This document shows, piece after piece, positions 1 to 9,459 of a DNA stretch of 64,000 bases; position 1 is the first letter of the stretch, and each line of letters begins with the position of its first letter. The DNA lies in the NCBI GenBank assembly GCA_963813155.1, contig CAWEYG010000001.1, positions 352,001-416,000 on the forward strand. The letters are read 5' to 3'. This DNA comes from an uncultured Acidobacteriota bacterium. GTDB taxonomy: Bacteria; Acidobacteriota; Thermoanaerobaculia; UBA5066; DATFVB01. The notes below the pieces were generated by a model. It was given only the letters and a program-made list of their open reading frames with translations. It was not told the origin of the DNA and did no database searches. The position numbers were made by a program, and so were the translations under genes.

Positions 1-177
1 GCCGTAAGCGTAGATCGCCTCGTGCTCGAGGCCGAGGGCGATGTTCAGGATGTCCACGTCGTCCAGGGGGGCGCCGGGGGGACGGGGTGTCGCGCCCGCT
101 GCCGCGAGGAGTCCCGACGCGCCCACGGCGGTGGCCGCAAATCCACTGACCAGGAGTGTCCGGCGATCGACAGGCAT
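1..177 (-). CDS. Tat-exported ferritin-like domain protein (partial, runs off the window)
   Basis: Manual translation MPVDRRTLLVSGFAATAVG...DDVDILNIALGLEHEAIYAYG: twin-Arg signal plus the ferritin-like helix-1 motif DILNxALxLEH. SD GGAGGG lies upstream. Confidence 0.75.
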   Translation of the reverse strand, partial: MPVDRRTLLVSGFAATAVGASGLLAAAGATPRPPGAPLDDVDILNIALGLEHEAIYAYG

Positions 178-267
178 ATCCCCTCCGTGTTTTCCCTAAC
201 TATACGCGGAAAACTCCGGTTCGGATTTCGAGAATATCCCGGCCGATGAGCCTCGTGGATTCGATTT

Positions 268-582
268 CTAGAGGGAGGCCAGAATGCCGGAATCCGAGTC
301 CGCGGGCGCGGACGTCAGCGAGGCGACCGAGTCCGCGGTTTCTTCCGCGATCGAGAAGCCGTATCCGAGAGCCGCCGAAAAGATCAGAAGCGCGGCAGCC
401 CATTTCCAGGACTGGAACGGCATTCGCTGCGGCTCCGAATCGGCGGGCAGGCCCCGCATCACCCGGACGACGAAATCGGCCGGCACCGCCGCCGGGGAGA
501 GCGCGAACGCCGAGAGGCCGTCGAGCTCTTCGCCATGGCCTTCGCGCCGGGGGAACGGTTTCACGTTTCGAGGTTCTTTCAT
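268..582 (-). CDS. small membrane protein, probable anti-sigma factor
   Basis: 104 aa with PADFVVRVM motif and one TM helix (WKWAAALLIFSAALGYGF). ATGA overlap with the ECF sigma stop codon. Confidence 0.65.
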   Translation of the reverse strand: MKEPRNVKPFPRREGHGEELDGLSAFALSPAAVPADFVVRVMRGLPADSEPQRMPFQSWKWAAALLIFSAALGYGFSIAEETADSVASLTSAPADSDSGILASL

Positions 583-1112
583 GATCCCTCCATGAGTGCT
601 TTCCTGACTTTCGTCCGCGCCCGGAACAGGCGCACACGGACGGCGACCGCGGTCATCTGGAGATCTCTCGCCACGTCGGCGACCGGCCGCCCGTCCGCCT
701 TGAGCGCGAGGAGGATCTCCCGGTCGATCGGCGCCAGCTTCGCGAGCGCCCGATCCAGCCGGTTCCGGCTTTCCAGCCGCGCCTCTTCCCGGTCGGGCGC
801 GGGCTCGGTCCCGCTCAGAGGAACTTCGATCCGGCGCCGGCGGACGATGTCGAGAGCGCAGCGAACCGAGATCCGGCGCAGCCAGCCGGCGAAATTCTGC
901 TCCTCGCGGTAGAGAGGGAGGGCCCGATAAGCCTTCCAGAAGGCTTCCTGCGCTGCGTCTTCCGCGAGGCCGCGGTCCCGCGTGATGCGCAGCGCCGCGC
1001 CAATCGCCATTCCCGCGTGCCGGTGAACGAGCTGCTCGAACGCCCAGGCGTCGCCCTGCGCGGCCCGCGCGGCAAGATCGACATCCGGGGACGGAAGCAC
1101 GGAGCTCCGCAT
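579..1112 (-). CDS. ECF-family RNA polymerase sigma-70 factor
   Basis: Region 2 (GDAWAFEQLV, AEDAAQEAFWKAY, FAGWLRRI) and region 4 (DVARDLQMTAVAVRVRLFRAR). Confidence 0.92.
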   Translation of the reverse strand: MRSSVLPSPDVDLAARAAQGDAWAFEQLVHRHAGMAIGAALRITRDRGLAEDAAQEAFWKAYRALPLYREEQNFAGWLRRISVRCALDIVRRRRIEVPLSGTEPAPDREEARLESRNRLDRALAKLAPIDREILLALKADGRPVADVARDLQMTAVAVRVRLFRARTKVRKALMEGS

Positions 1113-1619
1113 CTACTGCGTCGGCCCCGGATTCGACAGGAACTCGCCGAACGACGCCGCCAGCCGATCGCCCGGTCCCTGCAGAGGCTGGTGGAGAGCC
1201 TCGAGCTTCTGCTTCTGATCGTCGTTGAGGATCGGAAGGATTTCCGCCCGGATCTGCGCCCGCAGGACGGCGCCGTCGCCTTCGGCCTGGCCGAGCGCCG
1301 CCGCCTTCGCCCGAATCGAGCCTTCGTCGATGGGAGTCGCGGAGATCGCTGTCCGAAGGTCCTGGCGGGCCTTCCTCGATGCCTGGATCTGACCGACGAT
1401 CGCGTCCTTGTGGGTCCGAAGAACGCCCTTGACCTGCTCGCGCTGGGAATCCGACAGGTCCAGCCGGTTGGCGACCCTGTTGAACATCCGCTGGACCGAC
1501 AGGTGCCGGCCTCCGGACAGGGGGCCCGCGGCCATGCGGCCCGCCCAGACGCCGCCCGCCAGGATCAGGCCCGCGGCGACGGTGGCGAATGCCGATTTTC
1601 GAAGTGTTTGAACGCTCAT
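1113..1619 (-). CDS. Spy/CpxP family periplasmic chaperone
   Basis: Signal peptide and two LTxxQ-like motifs (LDLSDSQREQ, ILNDDQKQK). SD GGAGGA. Confidence 0.85.
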   Translation of the reverse strand: MSVQTLRKSAFATVAAGLILAGGVWAGRMAAGPLSGGRHLSVQRMFNRVANRLDLSDSQREQVKGVLRTHKDAIVGQIQASRKARQDLRTAISATPIDEGSIRAKAAALGQAEGDGAVLRAQIRAEILPILNDDQKQKLEALHQPLQGPGDRLAASFGEFLSNPGPTQ

Positions 1620-1657
1620 CTGGCTCCTCCCGAGGGCTCTTCGCCCGTACCCTGAGG

Positions 1658-1684
1658 AACGAGCGGGAGCCGAAAAAGGTTACA
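1658..1684 (-). promoter_or_regulatory. putative ECF sigma promoter for the spy-sigma-antisigma operon
   Basis: Minus strand reads TGTAAC-N17-CGTT, matching the generic ECF AAC/CGT pattern, ~40 nt before the Spy start. Confidence 0.55.
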
Positions 1685-3917
1685 TGCCGGCCGAGAAGGG
1701 CGCGATCTCGATCCCCGAATAGTAATGCCTCAGGATCTGGTCGTACGTCGTCCCGGCGAGCGCCATCCCATAGGCGCCGTTCTGACAAAGACCCACGCCG
1801 TGGCCCCAGCCGCGCCCCACGAACACGAATTCGGCCGAACCATCCGGGGCCGAGGCCTTCGAAACCGTGAAGATCAATTCCGGCAGCTCGAGCGCCTGGC
1901 GCAGCTCGAATCCCTGAAGGACGAGCCGCGAGCGGTCGGTGGCGATCGCCGCTTCGAGCACGCGCGAAGAAGCCGAACGGCGGGTCACCGCGATTTCCCG
2001 AACTTCGCTTCCCGGCGTCCGGGCCGCGATCCGAAGCATCAACTCCTTCGACGAGATCCGCCGGATCCACTCGGTCCAGGCGGACTGGTTCTCGAAGGTC
2101 GCGCCTCCGGTCGCATACTCGACCGCGAACCCCAGCACGCGAGATCCGCGCTTCCAGAAGACCACGGGATCTCCCGACCGCAGGGCGATCTCCGACGCCG
2201 GCGAAAACCGTCCCCCGATCCGGCGCGCGAGCCAGAGAGAAGCGTCCGCTTCGAGCGTGCTCGTTCCGGAGGGAGTCTTCACGAGAAGATGCCCCCCGTC
2301 CCGGCGCGCGAAACGGCCCGTGACCTCCTGAACGCCCCCGACCCGTACGGCGACCGACAGCAGGAGCCCGGCGAATTCGAGCTCCGAAATCCGGGATCCG
2401 GGAGGCGGCAGGACCGCATCGCCCGCGAGCTTCAGCCGAAGGAACGCCTCGTAGGCCGCGCGGGGCCCGGGCGCGAGGCCGGCGAGAGGGTCGGGAGGGC
2501 CGGCGTCGTACGATCGGTCCAGCGCGGTCGACTCGAGGTCGCGGGCCTCGCCGAGACGGAACGCCGAGACGATCGCGGGATACACCGCCGACCCAACCAG
2601 CTCTGCGGGAGGCGCGGTGGAATTCGGAAATCCCGCGAGCGCGAGCGCGGCGCCCCAGACCTCGCGCCGGCTCGCCGGCCGATGCCGCGCGCCGGAGATC
2701 CGCTCGAGAATCTCGCCGCGCCATTCCAGGAGAGTGAGGGCGAGGGGACGCTCGCGCCGCGGCCGCGGGGCGCCGACGAGAATGGTTTTTTCCTGCTCCC
2801 CGCACACGACACCGCGGAGCGCGGAGTCGCTCATCGAGGGAAACACGTCCTCGACGTTCTCGGTGTGCCCGCCGCACGTCGAGGCAAAGAGAGCGTGGAT
2901 GAGCTTTGCCGGCTTCCCGGATTTGTCGGGCTCGCCGCCCTCGACCGCGACGAGGCCCCGGGTCCGCTCGACCGCGGCGTCGGACAGCGGATCTTCCGAG
3001 TCGACGCCGCCGTAGACCTGGCACTTCGGCGTCGCGCAGAGATCGTAGCCCTCGGCTTCGAATCCTCCCCGGTTCGCCAGCGCGTAGGTCCGCGCGGCGA
3101 CCGCCTGGGCCTTGAGCGCTTCGATCTCGTCGAAGCGCTTCGGGCCCATCTCGGCGGGAACGACGCCGCGAAGATAGTCCTCGACGTTCACGACGTCGAT
3201 CACGTTCAAAGTCCCCCGCCGGTTCAGGGCGACGCGCAGCCGGCCCCGGTACTTCTTGCCCCGCAGCTCCACGAACGACGAAGCGTCCGGCGGGACGATC
3301 TCGACCGCGGACGCCGCGAGCGTCCTGTCGGCCCCCGATTCGTCCCGAAGGGAGAGGCCCGAAGACGGCGCCGCCTCCGTCACGACGAACGGGGACCGGC
3401 CGCCGGACGCGAGCCTCTGCGCGGCGGACGCGGCGGCGGCCGGATCGGCGAACTCGCCGAGCCGGACCAGGTACAGCCCTTTTTCCGCGGAGAAGACGAC
3501 CGAAGAAGGGAGGCCGGCCTCGGCCGACATCCCGTCCGCGATCTTCTTCGCCGAAGACTCCTCCGAGAAGGCTCCCACCTGGACGCGCGAGACCGCCGCT
3601 CCCCCGACCGGCCGAACCGCGAGGGGACCGCGCAGCACGAGAGTCTCCGCGCCCGAGAGAACGGTCCACGGCATTCCGCGCGCGGGAAGGAGAAATTCCG
3701 GCTGATCGCTCGCGAGCCCGATCCGAAGAACGGGCGCCGAGGGGGCCGGGATCGTGGAAGCGGCGGGAACCTGCGAGCCGGCCCCGGCCGGAGGCATCGC
3801 GGATTTCGGACTCCCCTCCTTCTTCGAGGCGGGACCGGAGACGCACGCGGCTCCGAACAGCGCGAGCAGAAAGAGCCAGATCCTCACGGTCGAAAACCTT
3901 TGCAGGATCGGAGCCAA
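1680..3917 (-). CDS. SpoIID/LytB lytic transglycosylase lipoprotein with SPOR domain
   Basis: Lipobox-like FGAAC; SPOR motif (VQVGAFS...YLVRLGEF); SpoIID motifs EDYLRGVVPAEM, ALKAQAVAARTYA, CQVYGG and GWGHGVGLCQNGA. Confidence 0.9.
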   Translation of the reverse strand: MAPILQRFSTVRIWLFLLALFGAACVSGPASKKEGSPKSAMPPAGAGSQVPAASTIPAPSAPVLRIGLASDQPEFLLPARGMPWTVLSGAETLVLRGPLAVRPVGGAAVSRVQVGAFSEESSAKKIADGMSAEAGLPSSVVFSAEKGLYLVRLGEFADPAAAASAAQRLASGGRSPFVVTEAAPSSGLSLRDESGADRTLAASAVEIVPPDASSFVELRGKKYRGRLRVALNRRGTLNVIDVVNVEDYLRGVVPAEMGPKRFDEIEALKAQAVAARTYALANRGGFEAEGYDLCATPKCQVYGGVDSEDPLSDAAVERTRGLVAVEGGEPDKSGKPAKLIHALFASTCGGHTENVEDVFPSMSDSALRGVVCGEQEKTILVGAPRPRRERPLALTLLEWRGEILERISGARHRPASRREVWGAALALAGFPNSTAPPAELVGSAVYPAIVSAFRLGEARDLESTALDRSYDAGPPDPLAGLAPGPRAAYEAFLRLKLAGDAVLPPPGSRISELEFAGLLLSVAVRVGGVQEVTGRFARRDGGHLLVKTPSGTSTLEADASLWLARRIGGRFSPASEIALRSGDPVVFWKRGSRVLGFAVEYATGGATFENQSAWTEWIRRISSKELMLRIAARTPGSEVREIAVTRRSASSRVLEAAIATDRSRLVLQGFELRQALELPELIFTVSKASAPDGSAEFVFVGRGWGHGVGLCQNGAYGMALAGTTYDQILRHYYSGIEIAPFSAGM

Positions 3918-4704
3918 CTACTTTCTTTTCAAGTGCGGAGGGCGGGGGGCGAAATTCGAAGAGCGGTGGTCCGCCTTGAGGACCTGTAGCCTGTAGTCGT
4001 CGCCATCCGGACCTCGACGTTCGTGCACATTTCGTGGAGCCGGCTCCGAAGTCGATAGCCGATCCGGTCCTCGAGTTTTCGCGTCCCTTTCCGTCGGCGG
4101 GAGCGTCCATGAAATTTGACGTCGCGATCGTGATTCGTTTTTGGTTGTATCTCGTGTTGAGCAGCGCGTACAGCATGTCTCGCGCAAATTCCGACGGTTT
4201 CGTCGCACCGAGCTCGTCGAGCACGAGTAGCTCCACGTCGGTGTAAGGCGTGATGACGTCTTCTTTGGATTCGAAGAATCGCTCTTGAACGTCGACTGGA
4301 TCTTCATGAGGAGATCGGCGAAATTCGACGTACAGGGCCGGACGGCCCTTCGATCGGCGTGACTGTAACGTAAGGATCGCGATCACCAAGTGGGTCTTGC
4401 CGATTCCGGAGTTCCCGAGAACAGCAAGCCGGAATCGACGTGGGGTAAAGATCCGCGAATTCGTCGCAATCGCTTTTGCTTTCGCGCCGGAAGCCACTGG
4501 TGCGGCTTCGAGGCGAGCGGAACTTCTCGAGGTCTGGAAGGAACAGTCTCGGTAGCGTTCGGGAATGTCCGCCGACTCCACTTCGCGATCCTCGCGATCA
4601 CTTTTCCGGCATCCGCACTCGCTCGCGAACCGTTGACCGCGCTCCTCGCGCAGGAGCCAGCCCGACCCGTTGCAGAGGGAACAAGAGTTCTCGACAGCCG
4701 CCAT
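3918..4704 (-). CDS. DnaC/IstB-like AAA+ ATPase (apparent frameshifts)
   Basis: N-terminal CxxCxGxGW...CxC, IPERYRDCSF, Walker A GNSGIGKTH, Walker B LLVLDELG, RYNQKRITIATSN. The C-terminus (GDDYR) is in another frame. Confidence 0.8.
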
Positions 4705-4735
4705 TTCCGGCATTTTAGACCCTCCGTCTGCTAAC

Positions 4736-5572
4736 ATGTCACCTCTATTGCCGTCCAAGGGACCCATCCTCGCCGTCGGCGGGGCCGAAGACAAGTTCGA
4801 CAGGCGAATCATTCTCTCCCGATTCGTTCGCGAGGCCGGAGGCTCCGACGCGCGGATCGCGATCCTTCCGACCGCCTCCACCATTCCCGACCGGCGCGCG
4901 AGCTTTTACCAGGAAGTGTTCGCCGCGCTCGGCGCCGGAGAATCGTTCGGCGTTCCGATCACCGACCGGGAGGAGGCGCAATCGCCCGCACACGCCGAAG
5001 CGCTGCTTTCCGCGACGGGAATCTTCATGACGGGCGGCGACCAGACCCGGCTCGTGTCGATGCTTTCCACGACGCCCGCCCTCGAAGCGATCCGCCGGCG
5101 TCTTCGCGGCGGCACCGTGCTCGCCGGCACATCGGCCGCGGCTTCGGCTTTTTCCGCCACGATGATCACCGGCGGAGGGACGGGCCTGAGCGTGCGGCCC
5201 GACACCGTGGAGCTCGGACGGGGGTTCGGCGTCCTTCCCGACCTGATCATCGATCAGCATTTTTCGCAGCGCGAACGCCTCGGGCGCCTGCTCTCGGCCG
5301 TCGGCCGGGAACCGCAGAGGCTTGGAGTCGGAATCGACGAGGATACGGCGATCGTCGTCTCTCGGGGCGAGGTCGAAATCCTCGGGTCGGGGCAGGTGTA
5401 CTTCCTCGACGCCTCTCACCTCGCGGCCAACGGATTCGAGCAAGGCGCCGGGCCGCGTCCGTTCACCCTGTCGGAGATCACGATGCACGTCCTCGTCGAA
5501 GGCGACCGCTTCGACCCGCGCACCCGCCGCCTCCTTCCCCGGAAGCTTCCCGCGGAACCTCTCCCGTCCTGA
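4736..5572 (+). CDS. cphB: cyanophycinase (peptidase S51)
   Basis: VGGAEDK, FMTGGDQ, GTSA nucleophile, IDQHFSQRERLGRL and GIDEDTA motifs; adjacent to cphA. Confidence 0.9.
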   Translation: MSPLLPSKGPILAVGGAEDKFDRRIILSRFVREAGGSDARIAILPTASTIPDRRASFYQEVFAALGAGESFGVPITDREEAQSPAHAEALLSATGIFMTGGDQTRLVSMLSTTPALEAIRRRLRGGTVLAGTSAAASAFSATMITGGGTGLSVRPDTVELGRGFGVLPDLIIDQHFSQRERLGRLLSAVGREPQRLGVGIDEDTAIVVSRGEVEILGSGQVYFLDASHLAANGFEQGAGPRPFTLSEITMHVLVEGDRFDPRTRRLLPRKLPAEPLPS

Positions 5573-5614
5573 TCGGGGGGCCGGTCCGGACGTTGTAGAC
5601 TTCTCTCAAAACCC

Positions 5615-8251
5615 ATGCCCGAGCCGCGCATTCGACTGCTGGAGACTCTCGTCCTCAAAGGGCCGAACTACTGGTCCTACCGGCCGTGCGTGTGGATGCG
5701 GATCGATCTCGGCCGCTACGAGGAGCGGCCAACCGACAAGCTCCCGGGCTTCGAAGAGCGCCTCCTTTCGCTCCTCCCGTCGCTCGACGAGCACCATTGC
5801 TCGGAAGGCGCCCCGGGAGGATTTCTGAAGCGCATCCGCGAGGGTACCTGGCTCGGGCACGTCGCCGAGCACGTCGCCATCGAGATCCAGAACCGAATCG
5901 GAATTTCCGTCAGCTTCGGGCGAACCCGCGAGACGCGGAGCCGCGGCGTCTACAACATGGTTTACGAGATGGAGGAAGAACGGGTCGGGATTCGCGCCGG
6001 CAAGCTCGCCCTGGACGTCGTCGAGGCGTGCGCCGAGGACGAGGTTCGGGGACTCGACTTCGAGGACCGGATCGAAGCGCTCGCGCGACTGCGCGACAAA
6101 GCCGCGCTTGGCCCTTCGACGCGAGCGATCGTGGAGAAGGCGGCGGCCCGGGGCATCCCCCACCTGCGTTTGAACGAGAAGTCGTTCGTGATGCTCGGAA
6201 CGGGCATCCACCAGAAACGGATCCAGGCCACGATCGCCTCGACGACGCCGCACCTCGGGGTCGAGATCGCCGGCGACAAGGACCTGACCAAACGGCTCCT
6301 CTCCGAGCACGGCGTGCCGGTTCCCAAGGGGTTCATCGCCGAGGACGAGGACGACGCGGTCGACATCGCGGCCAAACTCGGCTGGCCGGTCGTCGTCAAG
6401 CCGCTCGACGCCTCGCACGGCCGCGGGATCCTGACGAACATCCGAACGGAGGAAGAGCTGCGCCGCGCGTACGGCGACGCGCTCGGCATCCGGGACGAGG
6501 TCATCGTCGAGCGGTTTCTCGAGGGCTCGGACTTCCGGTTCGTCGTCGTGAACGGCAAGTTCATCTGCGCGGCCCAGCGGATTCCGGCGTCCGTCGTCGG
6601 GGACGGCAAACGGACGCTGGCCGAGCTCGTCGAGGAAGCGAACCGCGACCCGCGCCGGGGAATCGGACACGAGAAGGTCCTGACGAAGATCGAGCTCGAC
6701 GACCTTTCGCTCGCGTTCCTCGCGCGGAGAGGACTCGACGCCGCCTCGGTTCCCGCGGCGGGAGAGACGGTCGGCCTCAAATCGACCGCGAACCTGTCGA
6801 CCGGAGGAATCTCCCGCGACGTGACCGATCTCGTGCATCCCTCCAACGTGCAACTCGTCGAGCGAATCGCGCGTATCGTCGGCCTCGACATCGCGGGCAT
6901 CGACGTCGTCTCGCCAACGGTTGAAAAGCCGATCGCGGAGGTCGGCGGCGGGGTCGTCGAGGTGAACGCGGCTCCGGGTTTCCGGATGCACGTCTCCCCC
7001 TCGGAGGGAACGCCGAGGGACGTCGCGGGAGCCGTCGTCGACATGCTCTTCCCCCCGGGGACCCCGTCGCGCATTCCGATCGTCTCGATCACGGGAACCA
7101 ACGGGAAGACGACGACGACGCGGCTCATCGCGCACATTGCGCGCTACGCCGGCGAACACGTGGGGTTCACGACGACCGAGGGCGTCTACATCGGAAGCGA
7201 ACAGATCATCAAGGGCGATTGCACCGGCCCGTCCTCCGCCCACGCGGTTCTCCGCGATCCGACGGTCTCCTTCGCGGCCCTCGAGACCGCCCGCGGCGGG
7301 CTGCTCCGATTCGGCCTCGGGTACGACTGGTCGAACGTCGGCGTCGTGACGAACGTGGCGGCCGACCACCTCGGCCTGCGCGACATCGAAACGCTGGAAG
7401 ACCTGGCGCGCGCCAAGTCGCTCGTGACCGAGCGCGTCTTTCCGGAAGGCACGGCCGTCCTCAACGCGGAGGACGAATGGGCGGAATGGATGGCGGACCG
7501 CACGAAGGCCCGCATCGCCTATTTCTCTCTCGACCCGCAGAACGAAGCGTTCCGGCGGCACGTCGAGTCCGGCGGCCTCGGCGCCGTCATGGACCGCTAC
7601 GACACGCTCTGCTTCTATCGCGCGACGGTGCGAATCCCCATCGTTCACGCGCGGCAGATCCCGATCACGTTCGACGGAAAGGCTCGTTTCAACATCGCGA
7701 ATGCGCTCGCCGCCGCGCTCGCGGCGTTTGCCGCGGGAATCGAGCTCGACGACATCAAGAACGCCCTGACGACGTTCCACCCGACGCCGTTCCAGGCGCC
7801 GGGCCGCGCGAACGTGTACGAGTTTCGCGATTTCCGCGTCATGGTCGACTACTGCCACAACGCGCACGCGATGGCGACGGTGGCCCCGTTTCTTTCGGCG
7901 ATGAAGCGGGCGCGCCTGATCGGCGTCCTGAATTCCCCCGGCGACCGCCGAAACGAAGACTACGACGACATGGCCCGCCTCTCGGCGCCGCACTTCGACC
8001 ACATCCTCCTGCGCGACGACGAGGACCTGCGCGGCCGGGAACCGGGAGAAGTCTCGCGCCGCCTCCGCGACGGACTGCTCAAGTACGGGATGAAGCCGGA
8101 TCAGATCGAGACCGTCAAGAACGAATCGGAGGCGGTGCGCCACGCGCTCGCGATCGCGAAACGGGACGACCTCGTCGCGATCTTCGCGGACCGGATCTCG
8201 AAAGTCGCCGCCCAGATCGACTTCGAGCGGCAGAAGGAAACGCGGGCGTAG
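5615..8251 (+). CDS. cphA: cyanophycin synthetase
   Basis: 878 aa with N domain (GPNYWS, Cx19HxxEH), ATP-grasp domain (KPLDASHGRG, EVNAAPGFRMH) and Mur-ligase domain (ITGTNGKTT, ETARGG, DYCHN). Confidence 0.96.
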   Translation: MPEPRIRLLETLVLKGPNYWSYRPCVWMRIDLGRYEERPTDKLPGFEERLLSLLPSLDEHHCSEGAPGGFLKRIREGTWLGHVAEHVAIEIQNRIGISVSFGRTRETRSRGVYNMVYEMEEERVGIRAGKLALDVVEACAEDEVRGLDFEDRIEALARLRDKAALGPSTRAIVEKAAARGIPHLRLNEKSFVMLGTGIHQKRIQATIASTTPHLGVEIAGDKDLTKRLLSEHGVPVPKGFIAEDEDDAVDIAAKLGWPVVVKPLDASHGRGILTNIRTEEELRRAYGDALGIRDEVIVERFLEGSDFRFVVVNGKFICAAQRIPASVVGDGKRTLAELVEEANRDPRRGIGHEKVLTKIELDDLSLAFLARRGLDAASVPAAGETVGLKSTANLSTGGISRDVTDLVHPSNVQLVERIARIVGLDIAGIDVVSPTVEKPIAEVGGGVVEVNAAPGFRMHVSPSEGTPRDVAGAVVDMLFPPGTPSRIPIVSITGTNGKTTTTRLIAHIARYAGEHVGFTTTEGVYIGSEQIIKGDCTGPSSAHAVLRDPTVSFAALETARGGLLRFGLGYDWSNVGVVTNVAADHLGLRDIETLEDLARAKSLVTERVFPEGTAVLNAEDEWAEWMADRTKARIAYFSLDPQNEAFRRHVESGGLGAVMDRYDTLCFYRATVRIPIVHARQIPITFDGKARFNIANALAAALAAFAAGIELDDIKNALTTFHPTPFQAPGRANVYEFRDFRVMVDYCHNAHAMATVAPFLSAMKRARLIGVLNSPGDRRNEDYDDMARLSAPHFDHILLRDDEDLRGREPGEVSRRLRDGLLKYGMKPDQIETVKNESEAVRHALAIAKRDDLVAIFADRISKVAAQIDFERQKETRA

Positions 8252-8257
8252 AAGCCG

Positions 8258-9388
8258 CTACTTCGGCTCTTCGTACCCTGGCCGGGCGAAGACCCGGACG
8301 CCCTTTCGCTCGACCCTGACCTCCAGACGATGAAACTTCCCGGGGTGTCCGTGCGGTTTCGCCGGAAAGCTCAGAACATAGACGACCCGCGTCGCGTCGA
8401 GCACGCGCTGAAGCTGGCCGGTGAAATCGTTGGAGTTCGCCACGAACTGCCCGCTCGTCTCCGAGGCCATCGTGTACAGCACCTCCTGCGAACTTCCCAT
8501 TTGCGCGGTCGTGCCCTCGGCCGCCTCGCGCAATCCCGCGACGTCCACTGAGTGGAGAACGCAGTCGCTGCGCTTCAAGTCCTCGAGCGCGCTCTTGAGC
8601 GGCCCGAGAACCGAGGTGCCGTTGACCATCATGTCGAACCCGTGAGAGAAGAAAATGATCTGCTTCCGGCCGTCGATCTTCTTGAACGCCCGGGCGAGCC
8701 GCCCGAGCGTCTCGATCAGCTGCTGCATTCTCTTCGCGTCGAGCGCGTGCCCCGACTGCTGCATCAGCCGCATTTCCGAACCCGAGAACGCGCTCCCCTT
8801 GCTGCCCTGGGTGTTCTCCTCGTCCGAGATCGTCACGGTCGGTCTTGGGAGGGCCGCGGGCAGCGTCAGTTCGTCGAGGCCCTTCTCGAGCTCGGCGCGA
8901 TCCCGCGTGAATCCCTTCATGAACGATGCGCCGCTCTGGACCGAGAGAGACCCCACGCTGGCGATGTCCTGATCGCCGAGCTGTTCGGCGACGAAACGGT
9001 TCGCGGCCGCACGCGCCCGCGAGAATTCCGGAGGCGTCGTGTACGAGAGGTCGAACAGCAGAAGGAAGCGGCGCATCGCGGCGGGGTTGACGCTCGCGGC
9101 CGGCCCGGGATGGGATGTCGAGTCCGCCGTTTCTCCGGGCGAAGAGAACTCGGTCACGTCCATGGCCTCCGGATGGATCTCCTCGCCGTCGTCGAAAACC
9201 CGGAAGTCGGAGAGCTGCAGCCCACGAACCGGCGCACCAGCCGAATCGAGAACGTTCACCGGCACCTGAACGAGCGAGACACCGACGGATTCCGCGACGG
9301 GCGGCACCGACGTCTGAGCTTCGCCCGAGAGGGAGACGAGCAGCCCCGCGGCCGCCAGGAGAATCACGCTCGGAACTCGTCCCCTCAT
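8258..9388 (-). CDS. secreted VWA-domain protein (acidobacterial VWFA-related type)
   Basis: Signal peptide; VQVPVNVLD..G.PVRGL...DF; LLFDLS; GRKQIIFFSHG; YVLSF...GKFHRLEVRV...ARPGY. Confidence 0.82.
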   Translation of the reverse strand: MRGRVPSVILLAAAGLLVSLSGEAQTSVPPVAESVGVSLVQVPVNVLDSAGAPVRGLQLSDFRVFDDGEEIHPEAMDVTEFSSPGETADSTSHPGPAASVNPAAMRRFLLLFDLSYTTPPEFSRARAAANRFVAEQLGDQDIASVGSLSVQSGASFMKGFTRDRAELEKGLDELTLPAALPRPTVTISDEENTQGSKGSAFSGSEMRLMQQSGHALDAKRMQQLIETLGRLARAFKKIDGRKQIIFFSHGFDMMVNGTSVLGPLKSALEDLKRSDCVLHSVDVAGLREAAEGTTAQMGSSQEVLYTMASETSGQFVANSNDFTGQLQRVLDATRVVYVLSFPAKPHGHPGKFHRLEVRVERKGVRVFARPGYEEPK

Positions 9389-9459
9389 CGAGATCGAATC
9401 GTACATCGGTTCGGAAGGCGGCGGCACCCCTTGCCGGGATGCCGCCGGTCCGAATTTGC

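Noticed and set aside
3918-4704. IS21 element or prophage replication module
   Set aside because: No IstA transposase, terminal repeats, integrase or phage genes nearby.
268-4884. 1538-aa ORF spanning five genes
   Set aside because: Artefact: a frameshift sends the DnaC-like frame through GC-rich off-frame sequence into the anti-sigma frame.
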